NCBI GenBank assembly: GCA_032718475.1
Contig: JAUCBJ010007204.1
Location: 1-64,000, forward strand
Reading direction: 5' to 3'
DNA length: 64,000 bases
Source: Nemertoderma westbladi
Lineage: Eukaryota > Animalia > Xenacoelomorpha
The notes under the pieces are model-generated. The model was not told where the DNA came from. It made no database searches and saw nothing but the letters and a program-made list of their open reading frames with translations. The translations under genes were made by a program, and so were the position numbers. Positions 12,304 to 23,800 of this stretch are shown here, piece after piece. Every line of letters starts with the position of its first letter. The stretch's first letter is position 1.

Positions 12304-14553
12304 CGATCTTATTGCAGTAAGCAATAAGGTTGCAAAATACCGTAGTGACCGGTAAACCTGAACCGGTACTTCTGTAGGTCAGTAGGCCCAACTGCCAGAA
12401 CCGGTACTGCTGTAGGTCCGTAGGTCCAACTGCCAGAACCGGTACTTCTGTAGGTCTGTAGGCCCAACTGTCCTAACCGGTACTGCTGTATCAGTACATT
12501 AGTATTATTCGAATTTGATTGGTGTATACCGGTAGGTCTTAGTACTTAATCAGGGACTGCAGCCCTGAATTTTTATTGAGATTCTACTTATTTCTGTCGG
12601 TTTTATTTACTAGTAGGCTAATATTGAGCAGAAGGCGTGTGACCCTGCTCAGATTGTTCAGATAATTGTAGGCTGAGCTGCTGTCTGACTGTTGTTGGGT
12701 TTGGAGAGATTACGGCGTGTGTAGAGTTTGTCTGATAAAGTGCCGTTAGTAAGTTGGGGCAGCCATATGCTGTAAGGTCAATCCCCTCTTAAAGAATAAG
12801 TCGTACTACCGTGTTAGAACGCATACTAACTAACTGTTTCAGAATCTGCATATACTGTAGTTTATTTAGGCTTGATCGTAGTCTGCCAGTGTTTTAGCCT
12901 GTGTTTGTTTGTGTGGTCTGTTCAGGTACCGTAATAGTTATTACTCAGATATTTTGTAGGCTGGATTGTTGTCTAGCTATTATTAGGTCTGAAGAGATTG
13001 CTGTGTGTGTGGAGTTTGTCTGATAAAGTGCTGTTAGTAAGTTGGGGCAGCCATATGCTGTAAGGTCAATCCCCTCTTAAAGAATAAGTCGTACTACCGT
13101 GTTAGAACGCATACTAACTAACCATTTCAGAATCTACACGTACGGTAGTTTATTTAGGCTTGGTGGTAGTCTGCCAGCGTTTGGTTTGTATTTGTTTGAG
13201 TATTCTGTACGGGTAGCGTAATATTTATTATTCAGAGTTTATGCGATTATTCGCAACATTCATGTCCCCAAGTTTATTCCTACAGTAATTGTGCTTGTTA
13301 TACATACCGTTATAGTTAAATTAACCCCGGTACTACACGGGCTGCTTGGCGTAGGACAAGACTGGTGACTTTGTGCTCTGGTCACTCCAGCAGATGCCGT
13401 GGTTCTTTTAACTGTTCAAGTATATTTAACTACTGATTATTTGTTGTACCGGTACTTGTACCTAATTTAGGGTTTAGTGTACAGTGCTTTCCGAAGTAAT
13501 TAGTGTGTAGGCAGTATATTTGTGTTGTAAAGTGGTTGATAGGCACATTCGTTAGCTCTATTAACTTCTGGGTAGGAACACTCCGTGATACATAACGTAG
13601 TACCTATAGCGATACGGTTATAGGTCGTCAGGCGGTGGTATTTTCCTATCTGGACAGCGCAGTATATTTACTACTACTTATTATTTCAAATACCGTAGTA
13701 CCCTGTCTGTTCTAATAACCAGAATTCTAACCCTTTGTTAGGCTGGTTTGTAGACTTCCTGTAAAATTACCCTAAAAAATTTCGTACGTAATATTTTGTT
13801 GTGTTTAATTAGAGAATTAATCTCACCCGTATCGTAAGTAATTTGTAGTATTAAGTAACTTAGGTAAATTAGAATTATCAGTTTTAGTGTCTCAATAAGT
13901 AGCACTTCACTGAGAGCGCACAGCTTCTGTGTAGTGACTCCCCAGAAATAATAACATTTATTTCAAATATTGACAAAACCCATTTTAAACGGGTATATAT
14001 CTATTATAAATCAACTCAAATGATTTATAAATAGTAGGCCTGCCATCCAACAACTAGGTCTCAATATCAGTTGGACTACTGCTTAAATAACGGTAATAAA
14101 GTAAGTTAAAGTAACCAAGTAACCCTAAAATATTCAGAAATTCAATTATTCTAAAAATAATTGACATACCGGTATTTACCATAGGCTTATTATATTTATT
14201 TCTATAAATTTGAGCTGAAATCATACCGGTACTCTGTACTTAATTCTAGTTTGTAATAATTATATTTATATATACTATAAGTGTCAGCTGTATACTGGTA
14301 TTCACGATAGGCCTATTATATATTTATATATATTTGTGCTAAAATTATATACCGGTACTCTGTGACAAATCTAGTCTGTAATAATACGTATATATATATT
14401 ATAAGCATACCGGTATTCTAATATATTGTATATATATCACGTTACACCGAGTAACGGTACCGGTAATAAATAGCTAGGCTTGCGGTCATACTGAATTACC
14501 AGACTTGCTTTAACTGAAACTATAGTAGTAGACATTCAACTGTATAGCTAAAC

Positions 14554-17500
14554 ATGTCTGACACTCAACAAAACCTGTCAGACAGTCTGATCGATACAAC
14601 TATCTGCGACACAGATAGGAGTGTGGAGCGATTAAGAAAGGAGTTCAGCTCACCTCCTACTGCAAAAAAGGTCATCCCTCCAGTAGTATCAGACCCTAGG
14701 CTAATCCACCATAGGTCCATCATAGGCACTCGGGCACAGGTCAAACGGAACCAAGAGGCAGTTATCCTATCGCAGCAACATCTTGGTCAAGAACCTACTT
14801 CACAGCGACCCGATAGCTCCAGCAGTTCGGATACTGTAGAGCTGACCCCCGAACACGGAGTGCAGATGGCTGATACAGTCTACTCGGACCCCCTTCTTAC
14901 CCTTCCTGCTGCAGTGCTAACTACTATATTCATTGCGGTGGAGGAACATCAAGCCGACTGGGCGAGGAATAAGCGAGCGACCCAAGATAATTATGCGGGA
15001 TACGCCAGGGAAGAATTGATGTCTATTGTCGAGTCACAATGGAACTTTCCCGGACTCGGACTCCCGTTGGATCTGTCCGAGGCTACTTGGGAAGATATAC
15101 ACAGGATGGGAGTGGCTAAAGACACAATGGATCCAGCTGTTTGGAAGAGGTCGGCAGCAGGATATGTGCAGGGATTCTTCGGCTCCTTGGAGCGATTGGA
15201 AGAACAACTGTTTCGACAACCTCAAGGACCTCAAGAGCAGGAAGAGCTGCTATACCAAATACGCGAAAGAACCCTACGCATACGACTAATCCTCTCAGCC
15301 TTTGAGGAAACTTCCAAAAGAAGACAGGACACGTCGCTGCAGGTTGCTGTCAAAACTTGGTTACATCGGGTAGATCTTAAAGTACAGGAAACGGCCCAGT
15401 GGAAATCCCAGCTGGCTGAGAGATCAACCTATGAAGAACAAACTGATGTCACCCTTTCTCAAGCGGAAAGCGAAGAGACCGCCGAGAAACCGCGAACTAG
15501 AGACGCTATCGACATATATTTGTCCGACTATCAGCGATTCCTAGGAGACGAAGAGTTGAGGAGACGGCTGTCTGGACTTTCCCCTAATAGTGAAGGAACC
15601 AAGCTTGTGTTGGACTCAATCGATGCGGAAATGTTAGCTGCAAACCAAGCTGAATGTGATGAAAAACTCCGCCTCACTAGAGTCCGAGAAGAACAAGTAA
15701 AGAAAGAATGGATAGAGAAAAGAAAGGTGGCAGCAGCAGCGGCGGCAGAAGCAGAAGCCGAAAGAAAAGCGGCAGAAGCAGAAGCCGAAAGAAAGTCGGC
15801 AAAAGCAGAAGCCGAAAGAAAGGCGGCAGAAGCAGAAGCAGAAGCCGAAAGAAAGGCAGCAGAAGCAGAAGCAGAAAGAAAAGCAGCAGTGGCAGAAGCA
15901 GAAGCCGAAAGAAAGGCGGCAGAAGCAGAAGCAGAAAGAAAAGCAGCAGTGGCAGAAGCAGAACGTAGAGCTTCTGAGGAGACTATCCAATTGGAGTTGG
16001 AAAATCTGCAAGAGACGCAAGACAGTATAAATAAACAGTTTACTGCTAATCAAATGCAGATGATGAGAAAATCTACTCCCAAGCGCCAGGGATACACATC
16101 CTCGGAGGAAGGCGAGACTACCGATCCTGAAGGCGGAGGAAATAGATCTCATCTAAGTAGGCGTAGAAAAACATCTTATCGTCGCAAATTGCCTGATTTG
16201 CCCCCAGCTGTTAGAAGACAGCTAGCTAGCACAGACTTGAGTAGTATAGAACCTACAGCCCAAAGTATTAAAGTCCAAAGACTCTCTACAATAGTTGATG
16301 AGCCTGAGATAATTAGGCCAGTCGTTCCCAAAGTCACTTCTGTGTTAGAGACCCCTGTACTTCCAGAGCTTAACTCTAAATTCCCTTTACATAGTACTAC
16401 ACTGCCTGTACCCGGTGGAACAGTCCAAGAGAATATCTCTGTCCAGATAGCAGAGAGAGAAATCAAAAATTTGTCTCCCGTCGTCCCGCATCAGCCCGCT
16501 ACTATGTTGGCGACTCCCGCTTTGGCGGTTGAGTGGGTAGAAGAGGGACGGCGGGGGATGAATCTCCTGCTAGGACAGATGCAGGAGACTGTCCACCAAC
16601 TTAAGGGAACAGTGAGGGAAGGTAGAGCAGAGTTGCAAGAAGTGCAGCAAAGTATCGCACTAGAACGCGACAAATTAGTCAATATCCAAAAGGGCATACC
16701 AATACCCCCTGTAACATTGTGTCAACCTGTTAGGTCTGAAGTACTACATGCACAAGGTGTGGAGCCTACACGCATCTATACTGCTAGTGAAGTAGAAACT
16801 CCTATAGCAAACCCTATTAAGGGTGATTATACGCCTGTTGCTAATGATATTCCCTATAGACCTGATAATAATCCGAGAAATTTATATACCGATAATTCAA
16901 TATTAAATAACACGATGGCCCAAGAAAGTTTTACGCGTCAGATGGCTAGAACAGAAGCCCGCCAAGCGGTCAAAGTGGGAGAGATCGTCAAATTCAATGG
17001 AGATGAGATGAAATGGTTACCTTTCAACGAATATTACAAAGATAGCATACAGAACTCTGTACTATCTAACGGAGAGAAACTTAGATTCCTCATCAAGTGC
17101 TTGGAAGGACCTCCCAAGTTAATGGCGTTAAAGTTTATTGGACATCCAGATGGATTAAGACAAGTTTGGGATACATTAAACATCAGGTATGGTAACAAGG
17201 ATAACATAGCTAAGTATTTGTATGCAAAATTAGTAGCCCCCCGACACTTCCTTAGTAGCGGGATTATAGAGTTTTCCGATGAAATTCAAGAGATCTGTAG
17301 ACAACTGGACTGGTTAGGTAAGTCACATGAATATCAGAGTTCCATGGTTATTGGAGCCGTAGTCTCTACTTTACCAAAGGGTGGAGTATGTACACGCTGG
17401 GACAAGAAAGTGTTGTACATGAATGAACAACAACGACGAAGTCCTACCATGGCTGATCTCATGTCTTTCTTAGATAGTGAAGTAAAATTACAACTCATAA

Positions 17501-19257
17501 GGCCGTCCAGAGAGAAAACATCAGAAAATAAGGTAAGTGAGAAACCCGTTTCTAGGAGAAGGATAATACCAGTGTGTTATACTGACGAAGGCGAAAGCCA
17601 AGCTTCTCAAGAAGAGGACAGCGGGAAAGACACAGCAAAATCGTACTATGACAACAAGACCTATAAAGACGTAAGTAAATACAAGTCTCGAACCAGTGAC
17701 AGGAGAGAACAGGTAACAACAACTCCTCCTACGTCTCCTAAGAGAATTCCCGGAAGAAAGCCCGAAGAAAGAACGAGAGTGCATAACGTTAACCAAGTTA
17801 AGGTGAGTAACATCAAACCAAAATGTGCGCTGTGCGACGGGCCCCACCGTTTGAGTGCGTGTGCTGAATTTCTAAAGAAATCCCTTGTAGACAGACGTAC
17901 AGTCCTGTGGAATAAGCGGTTTTGCTATAATTGCCTCAGACCAGGACATCAACGGCGAACCTGTTACTCCGACATAAAGTGTGCAAAGTGTGGCGCGAAA
18001 CATCACATCTTGTTACACAGTGAGTTCGAACGAGACAGACAGAGTCAGGTAAGTGAGCCCGAACTACATGTCCAATTCAGTGACGTAAACGACACTGATC
18101 AAGAGTCTGAGATGGAAGGATTCTATACTGACGAATTCTCCGACGCCAATGAATCCTGTTATCTAATAAATACCGCAGTGTATCGAGCACTTACTTACGA
18201 AAAGGACATCAACGATGAGTTTCCCCCAACTACTTTCGCCAAACAACCATCTTGGAAAGCTCCAGCTTCCAACGTAGGAATCAGAGAATTTCCTGTAGTT
18301 CAAGTAAGAGTTCACGGTCTTAACAAAAGCTACATAGTGAACGCCCTCCTTGACTCCGGCAGCACAGGAACATTCATCGATCAAGAACTAGCCGAAGATA
18401 TCTTTGCTGGACAACCCAAGTTCCGGACTAAATTGAATATGTCAGGAATTATGCAGGTTTGGAAATCTACCCTAACGGCAGACTACTATGTAGGTGTGTT
18501 GTCCACCCCCCAGGATAAATTAGGAGCACAAGGTATAAGGTCGGTAAAAATGGTGGCTATAAAGAACTTCGCTACTACCCAAGCAGACCTTTATAATTGG
18601 GACGAGGATGAGAGCATCCAACATCTTAAGATACCTCGAGTCCAGACAGATTATCCTGGAGTGCAAATACTCATCGGCCAAAACGCGCATGAGGCGCTCG
18701 AGACATTGGAGAAACGGCCTGCTCAACCGCAGCCACTACAAACCTATGCGGTAAGAACTAGAGTAGGTTGGTACTTCACTGGCCCTTCCCATAGAACTCT
18801 CAAAGAGAGATTACCTCAACAACAGGTATACCAAGTAAAGGAATGGGAAGTGGAGAGCAGTGATGTGGACGATCCAACTGAGGGAACACCATACTCCTCA
18901 GATAATGACGATATTAACTCCGATGTAGATCAACGGAGACATTGCCTTGGGACAATTAATCCAGCCGACATCGATCCCAGAGGAGCAACTCCTCAAGAAC
19001 TGATGGATACTCCAGGCTGGTTAGGTGGATCCGACTTCTTAAGTAAAGAAGAAGATGAACGGCCTCCTCATCTTACCACGGCGGAGAGTAGACAGGCCAA
19101 GGGAGCGGAGAAAGTAACACGACAACCCAATCACCCAGCTGGTCGTTTATGTTTACTGGAAAGAAACCGGAAACTGTCCGGAAACTATGGAAGGCAAGAT
19201 ACTCTTCCTACGACCACTTCCCTAATCCGACAAATATCTAGGGACTCCATAACGTAA
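14554..19257 (+). CDS. gag: BEL/Pao-type Gag-aspartic protease polyprotein (1567 aa) with vestigial RNase H and integrase remnants
   Basis: Contains a capsid-like segment (KFNGDEMKWLPF...EKLRFLIKCLEG...RYG), three Cys/His knuckles (CALCDGPHRLSAC, CYNCLRPGHQRRTC, CAKCGAKHHILLH), protease ALLDSGS (~18343) and ILIG...TRVGW. These are followed by NPAD..RG....W..G..FL and RLCLLE. An AEAERKA repeat tract lies at ~15740-15970. Confidence 0.9.
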   Translation: MSDTQQNLSDSLIDTTICDTDRSVERLRKEFSSPPTAKKVIPPVVSDPRLIHHRSIIGTRAQVKRNQEAVILSQQHLGQEPTSQRPDSSSSSDTVELTPEHGVQMADTVYSDPLLTLPAAVLTTIFIAVEEHQADWARNKRATQDNYAGYAREELMSIVESQWNFPGLGLPLDLSEATWEDIHRMGVAKDTMDPAVWKRSAAGYVQGFFGSLERLEEQLFRQPQGPQEQEELLYQIRERTLRIRLILSAFEETSKRRQDTSLQVAVKTWLHRVDLKVQETAQWKSQLAERSTYEEQTDVTLSQAESEETAEKPRTRDAIDIYLSDYQRFLGDEELRRRLSGLSPNSEGTKLVLDSIDAEMLAANQAECDEKLRLTRVREEQVKKEWIEKRKVAAAAAAEAEAERKAAEAEAERKSAKAEAERKAAEAEAEAERKAAEAEAERKAAVAEAEAERKAAEAEAERKAAVAEAERRASEETIQLELENLQETQDSINKQFTANQMQMMRKSTPKRQGYTSSEEGETTDPEGGGNRSHLSRRRKTSYRRKLPDLPPAVRRQLASTDLSSIEPTAQSIKVQRLSTIVDEPEIIRPVVPKVTSVLETPVLPELNSKFPLHSTTLPVPGGTVQENISVQIAEREIKNLSPVVPHQPATMLATPALAVEWVEEGRRGMNLLLGQMQETVHQLKGTVREGRAELQEVQQSIALERDKLVNIQKGIPIPPVTLCQPVRSEVLHAQGVEPTRIYTASEVETPIANPIKGDYTPVANDIPYRPDNNPRNLYTDNSILNNTMAQESFTRQMARTEARQAVKVGEIVKFNGDEMKWLPFNEYYKDSIQNSVLSNGEKLRFLIKCLEGPPKLMALKFIGHPDGLRQVWDTLNIRYGNKDNIAKYLYAKLVAPRHFLSSGIIEFSDEIQEICRQLDWLGKSHEYQSSMVIGAVVSTLPKGGVCTRWDKKVLYMNEQQRRSPTMADLMSFLDSEVKLQLIRPSREKTSENKVSEKPVSRRRIIPVCYTDEGESQASQEEDSGKDTAKSYYDNKTYKDVSKYKSRTSDRREQVTTTPPTSPKRIPGRKPEERTRVHNVNQVKVSNIKPKCALCDGPHRLSACAEFLKKSLVDRRTVLWNKRFCYNCLRPGHQRRTCYSDIKCAKCGAKHHILLHSEFERDRQSQVSEPELHVQFSDVNDTDQESEMEGFYTDEFSDANESCYLINTAVYRALTYEKDINDEFPPTTFAKQPSWKAPASNVGIREFPVVQVRVHGLNKSYIVNALLDSGSTGTFIDQELAEDIFAGQPKFRTKLNMSGIMQVWKSTLTADYYVGVLSTPQDKLGAQGIRSVKMVAIKNFATTQADLYNWDEDESIQHLKIPRVQTDYPGVQILIGQNAHEALETLEKRPAQPQPLQTYAVRTRVGWYFTGPSHRTLKERLPQQQVYQVKEWEVESSDVDDPTEGTPYSSDNDDINSDVDQRRHCLGTINPADIDPRGATPQELMDTPGWLGGSDFLSKEEDERPPHLTTAESRQAKGAEKVTRQPNHPAGRLCLLERNRKLSGNYGRQDTLPTTTSLIRQISRDSIT

Positions 19258-20883
19258 TAACATATGGAGTGGGCGTGTGACTATATCATTTTATATTTGT
19301 TTTTATTTTATATTTATGTATGTATTATTATGTAATTTTATTATAATCATTTTCTTTAATTTTTATTTAGTAGAATGTTATTTTAGGGATTATTTAGTAG
19401 ATTAGTGCAATATATTAGTGTTTATTACGTACATAATTACTATAATATATATTTAGTGCGACGGCGAGAAATAATTATTTTTCTCTTCCCTTACTGTCCG
19501 TATCATATTATAAATACGTGACTACAGTAAGATGAAATGTCTGTACTTCTTAAAGTACAATAAAGCCACTACTATATTTAAGTATTATTGGTAGGCAGAG
19601 TATTAGGAATGCAAAGTTCAGATCCTCGTGTCTCGGCTAAACCAAGCTCTGGGTAGACCTTGGAAACGACTTGCCTCTTCACACTGACATTGCTTCGTGC
19701 GATATTGCTCTTCTACCTTATAACAAATAATACATATAGTAGCGTGATGTCCCTCTAACAGTAGCGTAAATCGCAAATAAATCTGTTAAACTTTTTGACC
19801 ATCTGTAATTCTAGTCGATTAAGATATCGTGGCACCCACCGATATACTTGAAAGACAAATTCTAGAATCAGTGGTTAACGTCCCCAGACAAGTTCTGGAA
19901 TAAATCGGTGCCCATCCTAAATATTAATTTAATATTTATTAAAATCTGTAAAATCCCGATCCTTTAAAATTTCTAGTCAATTAAGATATCGCAGTATTTA
20001 CCGATATTCTTAGAAGGACTATTTTATAGAATTAAGGATCCTAAGTCCCCAGATATGCTCTGGAATAAAATTTGTGTCAATTTAACATCAAATAATAAAA
20101 TTCACGGGAATAAATTTAAATTCATATTCAAATGAATTTCATAAATTGTCATTTTGTGCAATTTATAACATTCCCAAAATTCCAGTAATTAATAGATCAT
20201 GGGAGCGGAGATTCATATTGAGTGTACTAGAGTGCGAGAATCTCCAACATATAGTCAATAGCCGATAAAATTTATAAAATCATGCATAAAGAGGATATTG
20301 ACAATTAAAGAATTACTATTAAATAACATCCCAGATCTGTATGCATGAGAATTACCCTAATTCTACCGCTAGTTTTCCATAATGTCACCATGGCAACACC
20401 CACGCTAGAATTAGAAGCAAGTTAAAGGAACAATAAAAAGCTTGCCCCATTGCGTAGCATAAGAGTATACATAGCGCACTATTAGTATCCAAGGATACAT
20501 AGTAATAACGTGACATTCTGGAAGACACTGACTAACGGACAAATGGCATGCATGTGTGCAGTAAGTAATGATTGTATGGAATTTGTGCGTTTATAGGTGA
20601 ATGTTACTACTAAAGTGTGTTTACAGTAGCTAATCGCAATTGTAAAGTAGCCCTAACTCTACCGAGATAACCTCAAGTGGATTCAAGCCTTTGGGACGGA
20701 CAGTGGTGGGACTTGTGCCGGTTATCGTTGTCGTGCTGTTGCTACATGTTGGCGTAAACACCGCGACAACGGTACATCGGCGCTGAGAAACCCACTGTCC
20801 GGGGGCAAAAGCCTAGTAGGCAGCGACGCCCGCTTGCCTAAAATATTAACTCATATTGATATTAATAAACTCAGATAGCAGAT

Positions 20884-23800
20884 ATGACGGAATTGATAGA
20901 AGATGACCTTGGTATCAGGGAGCGATATACTCTACCTTTACAAGCGTTTGTGGATAGCTTGATACGCGGTGAAGCCGATCCGACTATTACGGAGGACGAT
21001 GGTCGTTATATCGAACCGCCGATGTCCCAGGAACAACTTACGCGTGAATTGGACTATAGAAAATTCACCGCTCGCTATACGAATCGTAATGGTACGTATA
21101 TGGACTTCTTAACTACCGGCCATCCTACCGATTTACATGATACGGAAGATGTAGACACCGAAAGGGAAATGGTTTTATTTAAATATCATGCCCAGCGGAA
21201 TCGTAATGATAAACCGAGAATAGAACACGAGAACTCTATTCGCAACCTACTCGACAGAGAAAACGTTGAAGAACCCGATAAGCGCCTCAACTTCAACGAC
21301 TACTTGGAATTTTTGAGAGAAACCTATCTCAATATTGCCAGTCAACAGAACCTAGAGACTCGATATCCTCAAGGTATACATCACGATCCCATGGTAGAAC
21401 TCAAACGACTCTATTTCACCATGATGTATCTTACCGCAGATCGTCCACTGCCTGTTGTCCCGGACAGCTTTGAACAAATGGAAGAGTATTGCAAAACTGG
21501 AGAACGATCACCCGCGTTTCCTCTGCAGGACGTACGTCTTTGGTATTATTGTGACTCATGTCCTAGACCTAACCAGCAAACGGAAAGACATAAACATCCG
21601 CGGAGACGTTGTGCTAAACACAGTTTTACGCGTTATACTTACGGGAGTTTCGAGCGAAACCTGTTCGACGTATCACCTACGATCGCCCGTCTAAAACGCT
21701 CGCTAAATAAACCCATGATCAGAGTTCCGGAATACTCGGTCAGGCCTCCCCATTTCCCCGTGAGACCTCAAACTCTTGATCCTAACAGTATCACTGATCC
21801 TCCCGAGTTATACTCACTGTTCAAAGATTTGGTGTTACCCGAGCAGTTAATCGGTGGTGTTCCAGCGGTAGGTTCGTTAGATATTCGACCATCCTATTTA
21901 ACCGCATTGGGACGCGGGCATCTAACATCGCCATTTAATCCTTACAATCGGCCAGGATTAACTCCGATACAACCTGCCACGGAAGTCGAGGAGAGTGTCA
22001 TCAGAAACGCTCTAGACGCCATCCGACAGAAAATCGGAAAGGGAACCCAGGATTTTCTAGAGAAACGTAAATTACAGCAGCAGGTCCAATCGGTGAAAGA
22101 GTTAGCCTTGCCGCAGTTTGATAGAGAAATCCAAAACCTCGAAGAGGACATCGAGCTTGGACGTACGTATTCTCTACAGGAGTTTCTAGAAGAACGCTTA
22201 CAGAAACAAGCGGAGGAAAATCAACTAGAGGAGAAACATACGGAAATGGATGAGAGAGAAGAAGCCGCTTTAGCCCAACCCGAAGCTCAGATACTCATAA
22301 CCGATCTCTACTCTAAAACCGTCCGTCATCCCTCGATGGTTCCGCATTTCGGAGATAAACTTTTCGCAAAGATACAACCCCAACCGGTTGATATCAGCAT
22401 AAGATCGCAAAATCTTATCGCCGACGCTCCTATGTTACAGCGTCCGCCAATCGAGGCCGCTCGAGTTGACGGTATACTCGTTGAACCTCCGGACAATCGA
22501 GCGGATCTTGTCCGTCGTATGGTACACGATGTCAACATACGCGCTAGACCTTTACAGAACTCTTTTTATGGAATTAAAGACCACCCTTATTACGTTAATC
22601 TGACTCAATATTATATGGTCAAACCAGAAGATCCGACGCATAATTTAAAGTTTCTACCACTAATAAATCCTCTGGACATTGTCGAACTCGAACAATTACA
22701 AAAACATCTGGATCAGTTAGTAAAGGTAAACTCATTTCGAAAACCATATAACGTTTCTCGAATAGAGAAGGATACAGAACCTCCTTATAATCTCGATGGA
22801 TTTATTAAAACTCGATTAGTCCATTGGAATCTAGACGTATTATTCGAGGAGGAGAAAATACAACGATATGGAAATGTGGAGACGTATACCACTCGATACC
22901 TGAAGTATAGTGATCTCCCTGACGCTAATCAATGCGCCACCTTGTGGCATCCGGTAGGGATGACCCTCGAGAACGCCACCAAAGAGTGGAATGAAACTCT
23001 TAATATCATTGAGATGTATGGCGTTGTTACTTACGATAACGAAGGTAGCGTTCCAACCGGAGAATTAGGAACTACGCGCATGATACACATACGCGGATTA
23101 GCTGGTTCCACTCACGTGTTTACGCGAGCGTGTTCCGACGTGATAGATTATTCCTTTGAAACTCTCACCGAAACGCAAAAGAATCTCCGACATGGACAAT
23201 TCGAACTCGCGCAGCGTTACGTCATTGATACCGAACGCAAACCGGCCATGGGTATCGATGGATCAATGTTACCCCAGCCCGTTCTCGAGATGTTATTCAA
23301 CGAAAGAATCATTAAAATCGGCTCAGCTGTTTACGGAGATCTCCAAAACGACTTTCGGAATATGGAAAATATCCCCTATCCTTTCGTGGATACTCAGCTG
23401 ATAGCTCCTTGGGCCGAAGGCCGAGGTTTCTTCCGCACCATGTATGCTAATGCGTCTAGCGACATTACAAAGGTGCAACGAACTTCCATCGGACATCTTG
23501 CTTTTCAGGAATACGGATGGAATTTCAAGGTCGGAAACCCCATCAACTATCAACAAGTATACGGAGACCATTATTCTCGATTATACTTTGACGGACCGTT
23601 GACCGCACCTGGCGCCGTGTATAGCTTCATGAGTGTTCCACTCCGCCCCTCCTTAGCTATCTACACGATCTTCGAAAACACCGCACTTTCCGGTTGGCTA
23701 GCCGATGTGTGCAGTCGTACTATACGCGCCCATCCATTAATCCTTGGGACCAAACTCGCTAAGCTAGATGAACATAATAAATTCATCCGCTTTGAATGTT

